Assembly: GCA_964016885.1 (NCBI GenBank)
Contig: OZ024761.1
Location: forward strand, 13,764,001-13,828,000
Direction of reading: 5' to 3'
Origin: Eledone cirrhosa
Taxonomy: Eukaryota
Length of the DNA stretch: 64,000 nucleotides
The notes under the pieces were generated by a model, which saw only the letters and a program-made list of their open reading frames with translations, made no database searches and was not told where the DNA came from. Positions 54,953-64,000 of the stretch are shown piece by piece. The translations under genes were made by a program, and so were the position numbers. Numbering within the stretch: the first letter of the stretch is position 1; every line of letters starts with the position of its first letter.

Positions 54953-54959
<7 letters not shown>
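52440..54959 (+). mobile_element. Penelope-like retroelement (RT + GIY-YIG endonuclease), 5'-truncated and frameshifted, with 3' terminal repeat region
   Basis: PPTRPVCGA, GSMDVVSLYSSI, QEEGTANG, RYVDD (YVDD 53432-53443), C-x4-C-x2-C linker and NVVYSIRC...VYIGETARS. Degenerate hammerhead core at 54766-54794. Flanked by (TA)n. Confidence 0.9.
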
Positions 54960-54999
<40 letters not shown>

Positions 55000-55017
55000 T
55001 ACATATATATAATATAT

Positions 55018-55607
55018 ATATATAAAACTGAGGATGTCTGTGTGTGTGTGTGAATCCCTAAAACTCGGAAGTGCCCAACCGATGTTTTTCAAATTTTACA
55101 TGTGTATTACTTATGTTTTCAACTTTTCGATCCCCAAGGGTCCGCATTAGGTGAAAAACTGCGTTTTTTCAGCTTTATAGGTTTTTTTTTGAGGCGTTAC
55201 GTCAGACCGATTTCCTTGAAATTGTAACTATGTATTAGTCAGTCTCTTCTTCATACTGTGAGCAACTTTTTTATGGCCTAGGGCCCGCATTAGGTGAAAA
55301 ACTTTATTTTTTCAGCTTTTTGGAGCTTTTTTGAGGCGTTACGTCTAGTCAATTTTTCCCGAAATTTCAAGGCATATTATGCACATAAAAAAAAATTCAT
55401 TTTCTTGATCCCCTAGGCCCGCATTAGGTGAAAATCTGCATTTTTCCTGCTTCATCGAGGAAGATCTTAAAGATTATCCAGCCATCAGAATATTCGCTTT
55501 ATTTTCTTTATATATTGTCCAGGCATGCAGTTTTTCCACGATTAGGTCTGTTGGCGGCCCGTGTTCCAAAATACCTTATCCCGCGCAACGCCGGGTACCA
55601 CTGCTAG
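55018..55607 (+). mobile_element. Non-autonomous Helitron
   Basis: 5' TATATAAAA...(GT)n; 3' GC hairpin cccgcgcaacgccggg followed by CTAG|T; three internal gcattaggtgaaaa subrepeats. Confidence 0.65.
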
Positions 55608-56270
55608 TATACACTATAGTTGGGTATATTAGTATTTCATATGATATACATATATACACTGTTGTTGGGTATATTGCTGACTAACAACTCTCCCTAATTC
55701 TTTCTTACTCTAAGAGCCAAGAAGTTTTTCTAAATAATAGGACGAAGACATTATCTTTGGTGAAGACAGAAGGAACTGGTAGTGATACATGTGAGGGAAA
55801 TTTAGCTGCTATATCTAGTACCCTAGAGTTCTACTGCTACACGTTGTCGTCGTTTCCTTCGAAATAAGGCTGGATAGAAGATTACTGTATTTCTGGAGGT
55901 TTTTTTCTTACCGAAAACGGAAGTGGGTGGTGAATGATTTCGGATAGTTAGCTGCTACTCCTAACTGTCCTATACACCGTTTATCTCCCTTTAAAATAAA
56001 GCTAATTACAAAGTCCACATTATTACGTCCCTTGAGTATTTCGTGGTTAACCTAGTTTACACATTCGTCACTGTCGTCAACTGGTAATATTTGCATTGCC
56101 TTCTGGGACAAACGCATAATATATATTTATATATTATTTTAAATTTCATTTCTACTAATATAATAATTATAGTCTTATATATTCCAATACAGTAATTTTA
56201 TTATAAAACGAATGACAGACGGCAATGTACTACTACATACATTTTATTCATACATATCTCTGTTCGTATT

Positions 56271-56326
<56 letters not shown>

Positions 56327-56372
56327 AACAGAGAGAGAGAGATAATATACACCCCCAAACGCATATTTTTCT

Positions 56373-56441
<69 letters not shown>

Positions 56442-57559
56442 ACTATATATATATATATATCCCAGCAATTTTTTTGAAGTGAGGAGGAGGCAGATAATCG
56501 ATTATTTTGACCCCTAGTACTTTAATTTAAACACAATGCCAGCAATTTCGAAGGGTGTGTATGTGTGGGAGGAGGGGAGTTCGATAAATCGATCCCCGTT
56601 ATTTATTTTACCGATCACCAGAGAAAGATGGATGAAAAGCAACTTTAACGTCGGCTGGATTTGAACTCAGAACGTAAAGGGTTGCATACAAACTAAACAT
56701 CTTTTAATAAATAATTCTGTCAGATACCCCAAAGACTCTGCTAAATACACTGCTTATCATATATGTATAATATAATATAATAATATAATCATATATATTA
56801 ATATAATATCGATTACTCGTTTGTTTTACACAAGCACAAGGTTACAGTTATCGAACGGAAAGTAGTAATTCCCAGTAACTACTATTTTCAGTTGCTGTTG
56901 CTGTTGTTGTTGTACAATACTAGGTCTCTGACAAAATTTTATTTATAAGTGGTATCATTCCAGCGACAATTTTCTTTAGACATTTGTATAAAATATATAA
57001 TAAATATAAAGCTTACAGAACGAGAACACAAACACATGATATATACAAATATATACGCAAAAACAGATTAAAAAAACCCCCCATAAAATAAAAGAAAAAA
57101 GGGGCGGAGAGCAATCCATCACTTAGTGTGAAAATCGGCCTCACATCACATCATAAGGGTTAAATAAGACCCAGGTGAGTCCTGGTCCAGGAGACCTGAG
57201 AACAAAGACCTTCCAATTATGACTATTCCGTCGGGTTTTTCTTGTTTTTTTTTTTTATTTGTTCCAGAGTGTATCTAGGACTATATGATTTCTCTGTGTC
57301 TAAGACTACATAATGAATGTGTGTTTTCTATCTTAAATTTTTTTAAATTTATTTAAAGAAGGTAGTATGAATGTTCAAACCCCAGGAGACATATGATCGA
57401 AGACACATGATTATCCCATCTTTTTTGTTTTATAACATATTTAGGATTATATCATATAATACTTGTTGTTGTTGTTTTTAAGATGGTAGGGTCTGTGGTT
57501 TTACAAAGCGAATATACTTTGGGGTATGCCAATACACACAGATAGGGAGACCAAAGCGA

Positions 57560-57670
57560 ACGAAAGATTTACAGGCTCTGAGGAGCAGAGACCATTGTAG
57601 TAGCAGTAGAAAAGGCAAAGGGGGGAGACAGCTTGTCTATAGACCAGAGGCTGGAGGTTGTCAGAGGACG
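57560..57670 (-). mobile_element. CR1/L2-like LINE RT C-terminal fragment
   Basis: Translates DNLQPLVYRQAVSP.CLFYCYYNGLCSSE, resembling LQPLxHRRxVxSLxLFYRYYxGxCSxEL. Confidence 0.5.
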
Positions 57671-58229
57671 ACTTTAATCAGAGTAGCCAGGTTTAGAGTT
57701 AGAGTTAAAGCTTAGTGCTATGGTTAAAGTTCGAGATATGTTTATGGTCTAGAATTTCGGGTGTCGGAGAACGATTTTATATCAATTAGCCGATGCTATC
57801 TAAGTTATTGTAATAAACGGACTTTCAGAGGAGACGGAGTACAAAGTTGTCATACCGACAAAAAAAAAAAAAAAAAGGTGTATCATTTAAATACTGAAAT
57901 TATACATAATTAGCGAAGAAATGTCGCCGAATATGCTGTCTTTGGATTCATTTGTGTCATTTTATTTGAAGTGCTTATATTGATCTAAAAACCTTCCATC
58001 GTAATTTTACGTAAGAAACTATTAAATTGCGTTCCAAACACCAGCTTGACAGCTAGAAAGTTGGTTATATTTCTAAATCGCTCCAAATTCTCGATTATTT
58101 GAAAAATGATCTAAAAATCTGCGGCAGTGTCTATTATTAGAATATGGTAACGAAAGGTTTCTCTTCCTATGAGCCCCACTATCCAGGTAGTCAGCAGATG
58201 ACACTCAATGATATCGATCTAATATTATA

Positions 58230-58950
58230 TCTTCTTCTTCTTCTTCTTCTTCTTCTTCTTCGCCCACTTATTCCTGAGAGTGTCGTGGAGGGCAAAGTCC
58301 TCAAAGACTTCTTCCAGCGGGCCCTGTCAGAAGCAACCGCCTCCAATTAGTACGGCTTCATCCCCAAGCGAGACTAGCCAAGCTCATGGATGTTATCCAA
58401 CCATCTTGCTGGGTCTCCTGTCCAGCGATTCTTTCCTGAGACATTCTAACCACATGTCCATAGTTATCGGAGCTGACTCTCTGATCTCCAAGCTAAACAC
58501 TCTATCGAGTAACGTTACTCCAAAGACCCTTCGGAGGAACGCCATTTCGGCCGCTTGTATTCGCGATCATACTCTTTCGGTCACTACCCAAGATTTAAGA
58601 CCACAGGTAAGGGTAAGGGTTGGCACGAAAACGGAATTGAAGACAACGAGTTTGGCTTTTACACCGCAGCATTTAACAGCTGAAGCAGAAACTGCTGCGC
58701 TGAACAACTCCGTCTCAATGTCCTCAGTTTCCTCAGGGAGTTCTCTGAATTTGGATGCAATAGTATCTGCATACCTGGCCCTGACGTCCTTATTCAGTAA
58801 TGCCCCCACTTAATCCTGTAGGTCGCCCTGGACCTGTCAGTTTTGTGGGCTTCCTTGGCTTTAGGTAGCCTCAAGTTGCAGATAGCTAGATGGTGATCAG
58901 TTGACAGCTCAGCCCCTCTCTTAACACGAACATCCAGCACAGAATGAAGT
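58230..58950 (-). mobile_element. Internally deleted RTE LINE of the same family, with (GAA)n tail
   Basis: Reverse-complement homology to 44930-45550; RGAELSTDHHL endonuclease remnant near 58890-58925. Confidence 0.75.
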
Positions 58951-59130
58951 ATATTATATAATCAATATATTATATTATAAATAAATATATTCTAAAAAAT
59001 GCCAGTGCTGTGGTCTGGTGTCCGAATGCGAAAGAAGACAGAAAGTAGAAACAAGATAGAGACATCGAAAGCGACACATAGACAGAAAGATGTAGATAGA
59101 TTATGATGAAGATAGAGAAAGAGAAAGAAA

Positions 59131-59218
<88 letters not shown>

Positions 59219-59462
59219 AACGAATTCTGTATATATTTTTATATCTCTCTATATATAATCTTTATATCTCTCTCTATATATAATAATCTATATATCTCTA
59301 TATAGAATCTATATATCTCTCTATATATATATCTATATATAATAATCTATATATCTCTATCTATATATATATCTATATATAATAATCTATATATCTCTAT
59401 ATATAATCTATATATCTCTATATATAATCTATATATATCTCTATATATATATCTCTATATAT

Positions 59463-59645
59463 AATTGTTTCTACTTTTGGCACAAGGTCAGCAATTATCC
59501 AGTGCATTACTGGTACTTTATTTTATCGACCCCGTAAGGATGAAAGGCAAAGTCAACCTCGGCGGGATTTGAACTCAGATCGTAAAGGGACGTAACTATG
59601 CTGGAAAGCATGGCGTCCGACCCTCTACCGATACTGCCAATCCAC
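59463..59645 (-). mobile_element. Second tRNA-derived SINE family; copies near 1000, 1800, 2725, 5435, 9325, 9540, 33225, 46080 and 56560
   Basis: Box A TGGCAGTATCGG, box B GAGTTCAAATCC, core gtcgataaaataaagtaccagtaatgcactgg, 3' ccttgtgccaaaagtagaaacaattat. Confidence 0.8.
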
Positions 59646-60029
59646 TCTATATATAATCTCTATATCTCTATATATACACACACTCATATATAAAACAGAG
59701 AGAGAGAGAGAGATAGAGAGAGAGAAGGAGAGAAAGAAAAGAGGAATAGGAAAAAGAGAAAGCGAAAGAAGGATAGTAAAAGAAAAACAGAGTGAAAGTA
59801 AACATTAAAAGCGAGACCAAGATTAGACATTAAGTAAAACAGAGAGTGAGAGAGAGAGAGAGAGAAACGATTTATATATATATAGAGAGAGGGAGAGAGA
59901 GAGGGAGGGGGAGAGACGATTTATATATAGAGAGAGAAAGAGAGGGAGAATTAAAATCAATGAACAATTGAATGAGGCGGAGAGGAAGAAATTGTGGGTT
60001 TGTGAGTGTGAAGGAGAAAGAGAGGAAAA

Positions 60030-60560
60030 GAGAGAAATACATCAACAGTGAGGGAGAGAGGGAGAGAGAGATAAAGAGAAATACATCAATAGTGCGTGAG
60101 AAAGAGAGAGAGAGGGAGGGAGAGAAGGAGAGAGGGAGAGAGAGAAAAAGAGAAATACATTAACAGTGCGCAAGAGAGAGAGAGGGGGTGGAAGAGAAAT
60201 ACATCAACAGTGCGTGAGAGAGAGCGGGAGAGAGGGAGAGAGAAATAAAGAGAGGGAAAAAGAGAAATACATCAACAGTGCGAGAGAGAGGGAAAGAGAG
60301 AGAGATAAAGAGAAATAAATCAACAGTGCGAGAGAGAGGGAGAGAGAGAGAGATAAAGAGAAATATATCAACAGTGCGAGAGAGAGAGGAGGGGAGAGAG
60401 AGAGAGAGAGATAAAGAGAGGGAAAAAGAGAAATTCATCAACAGTGCGAGAGAGAGAGGGAGAGAGATGGAGAGAGAGAGAGAGGGAGAGAGAGATAAAG
60501 AGAGGGAAAAAGAGAAATACATCAACAGTGCGTGAGTGAGAGAGAGAAAGAGAAATACAC
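60030..60560. repeat. Compound (GA)n minisatellite with agagaaatacatcaacagtgcg core
   Basis: The core recurs about 9 times between GA tracts. Confidence 0.85.
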
Positions 60561-60837
60561 CAGAGAGAGAGAGAGAGAGAGAAAATGCGTATGAGAGAAA
60601 GGAAGAAAAGAGAGAGAGAGAGAGAGAATGAATGAATAACAAAATGAATGAATAAGAGAATGAGTGTTGTTATTATCATATCCTGACTAACGTGATTACC
60701 TCCCTTGAACGAAGTGCAGTATGGGTGCGGGGTTTTGAGGAAACGGCGACTATTAAAATTTTTTATATATCGATTCTCTTTGATAGCGGGATCCAGTGAA
60801 AACACCCTTTTTTATATATCCAAGACACCCACCCGTA

Positions 60838-60934
<97 letters not shown>

Positions 60935-61282
60935 CAAAAACCCGAGGGGAGGATATAAATATATATATATATATATGGATGTATATACATATAGATAGAT
61001 GTATATTTATCAATCATACGTATATATATAATCTCAACGACGACAGAAAAGAAAGCCAAAAATAAGCAATATATATGTATATGTATACGTACATATATAT
61101 ATATGTATATATATAAATATATGTCTATGATACATAATAAATATATATATACATATATGTATGTATGTATATATATATCTATATATATCTGGAATAACGG
61201 AAGGAATTTAGCTTATTAACCAGAACCACTTCGTGCCGGCAACTTGAAACATAGCAGTGATTTTTCACACACACATACACAC

Positions 61283-61347
<65 letters not shown>

Positions 61348-61726
61348 CATATATATATACATACATATATACATACACGCGCACCTACACATATATATCA
61401 TATAAATAATATTATACATATATAATTACTAATTACTAAGGATGACTAAGGATCGTCTTGCGGCGCTTAAAGCGGTGAGTATATTTTAATTAAATTTATA
61501 TGTTGATTGCCTATTTTAAAAAAATTCGCCTAATTATACATTGTGTTCCTTCTCTTTATACATCTGATACACTACAACTGACATACAACTCTTTCCTTTT
61601 CTGTTTCGATACACACCTCTAAATTATATGATAGATCGTTGATTAACATCTTGGAAGATATATATATATATATATATACAAATGTATATTATGTATATTG
61701 AATATATATATATATACATAAATGTA

Positions 61727-61757
<31 letters not shown>

Positions 61758-62383
61758 AATGATTGTGTGTGTGTCATTTCGAAATGACACAAATATTAAT
61801 GTATATACATATATATATATAAATATATGTAGGAGGTGATATATATATATATTTATATATACATAATATACGTTTATGTATATATATATTATATAATAAA
61901 CATAGGATCTATATTTAAAATCGTTTCTGTTTATAATATATGTAGAGTTGATCTATATCTCTCTCTATATATATAGATCAAATTTAATATAGAAATGGCT
62001 TCTACAATATATACATGTATAAATATATTAAATTTGATGTTTACACTCTAGTAATGTATTGAGTACCTTACTTACTGTGGTTACCCCCGATTGAACCCTG
62101 GACTCACATACACACACACATGTATATCAATATATATACATCTATAAACATATATAAATGTTTTTGTGTGTGTGTCATTTCGAAATGACTTGTGTATGAC
62201 TAGTCATTTGTAAATGAAATAAAATTTACTACTCTCTTTACTGGAGGTGTGTAACAAACAGTTCTTTAGTCTCAAATAATTCCTTTCCATTTTTTCCAAG
62301 GAATGTCATTCCACTTGATGTACACAAGCGATCTATATTAATTATAGACACGCATGATCTGTGTCTCATGACGAGTGCGTCAA

Positions 62384-62422
<39 letters not shown>

Positions 62423-62503
62423 TACACATCTGAAAAATAATTATAGACATGACAGCACGTATACGTTAGCGTTACATATATATCAATTCGTATATATCTA
62501 TTA

Positions 62504-62612
<109 letters not shown>

Positions 62613-62663
62613 GTGCCTTTGATTCTCCATCATAAATTTCTGTTTATGTATGTGTGTATATCT

Positions 62664-62716
<53 letters not shown>

Positions 62717-63115
62717 GTATACGTATATATATGTATATCTATATGTATATATATTGATGTATATATATATAAATATGTGTATATATATACCGTATTTCTT
62801 TAAAAATACGAAATTCAATTATATATATATATGTATATGTAGGTATGTATGTATAAGCAAGGAAAAGCGGATGTAAAATGATGATGATGATGATCATGAT
62901 GATATTTATATATGTGTTTCTGTGTGTGTATGTATATGTGTGTATATGTATATATATGTTAATGTATTTGTGTGTGTATATATATGTGTATATGTTATGT
63001 ATATATGTTAATGTATATATATGTATACAAACATATGTACATATGTATATACATATATATATGTATGTGTATATATATGTATGTGTATATGTGTATATGT
63101 ATATATATGTGTATG

Positions 63116-63147
<32 letters not shown>

Positions 63148-63186
63148 TATATATATGTATATGTATGTATGTATATGTATATATGC

Positions 63187-63230
<44 letters not shown>

Positions 63231-63436
63231 AGGGGGTGTAACTTGAGTTACTGCAGGTTCACCCAGGAGAGCACTCGATGTTTAGGTCTTTACCACAGAG
63301 CATGTATTTCATTTTCTTATAGCATTTTAACGGGTCCGTCGAGCTGCCGATCACTGAGTCGGGTAGGATCGATACAGATCGAACCTTGAGCTGATCAGTG
63401 GCGAAACGCGCGTCACCTACCAATAAATGTAATATG

Positions 63437-63513
<77 letters not shown>

Positions 63514-64000
63514 GTATATATATATTTATATACATGTATAAGTGTATAGTCTGTCTCATATTTCAACATTAAGGCGGAGTGGTCATGTGGTGAGAATGGA
63601 TGATGATTTCCTGTATGGTGAGCTACAAGTGGCCAAGCCCAAATTGATGTACAGAGACTGCAATATATACACACCGAGGAAGATGAAAATATTAGAGGAT
63701 GACTGGACGAACCTCGCTTTAGATTGCCTTTCCTCGAGGAAGGCAGTGCATCATCATCATCACCATCGTTTAACGTCTATCTTCCACGCTAGCATGGGTT
63801 TAGACGGGAATTGTCCCACGTGAGGCAAGATTGGTCGTCTCACTCGTATAGGACTGTCTGGCTGGTTTTCTACGCCTGGATGCCCTTCCTAACACCAACC
63901 ACGTTTACAGTGTGGACTGGGAGGTTTTTACCGTGTTACCTACACGGCCACATTACAGCGTGGACTGTGTGTGTGTGTTTTTTTTTGTCGTGACACACCT

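Overview
Eukaryotic, AT-rich, microsatellite-dense genomic DNA. The SINE families and (TA)n load look most like an octopod cephalopod; this assignment is inference. Four spliced genes can be rebuilt by hand with GT-AG junctions and consistent phases. (1) The first coding exon of USP5/USP13 (- strand, runs off the left edge). (2) A divergent three-coding-exon CDCA3/Tome-1 homolog (+, 489 aa) with a CCAAT + CDE/CHR-like promoter, echoing the head-to-head CDCA3-USP5 pair of human 12p13. (3) A five-exon C1orf50/DUF2452 homolog (-, 203 aa). (4) Ran GTPase (-, six coding exons, 213 aa). The rest is repeats: tRNA-derived SINEs; RTE, Tx1/L1, CRE-type and CR1-like LINE fragments; a frameshifted Penelope-like RT + GIY-YIG element; mariner, Tc1-like and piggyBac-like MITEs; a non-autonomous Helitron; and several minisatellites. 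The most striking unexplained structure is a set of short fold-back (palindromic) elements sitting in (TA)n tracts. Several carry minimal type I hammerhead-ribozyme motifs, often on both strands. They cluster in C1orf50 intron 1 (23.7-26.3 kb), and one shares its terminus with the Penelope element at 52.4-55.0 kb. Most ORFs in the supplied track are microsatellite artefacts.
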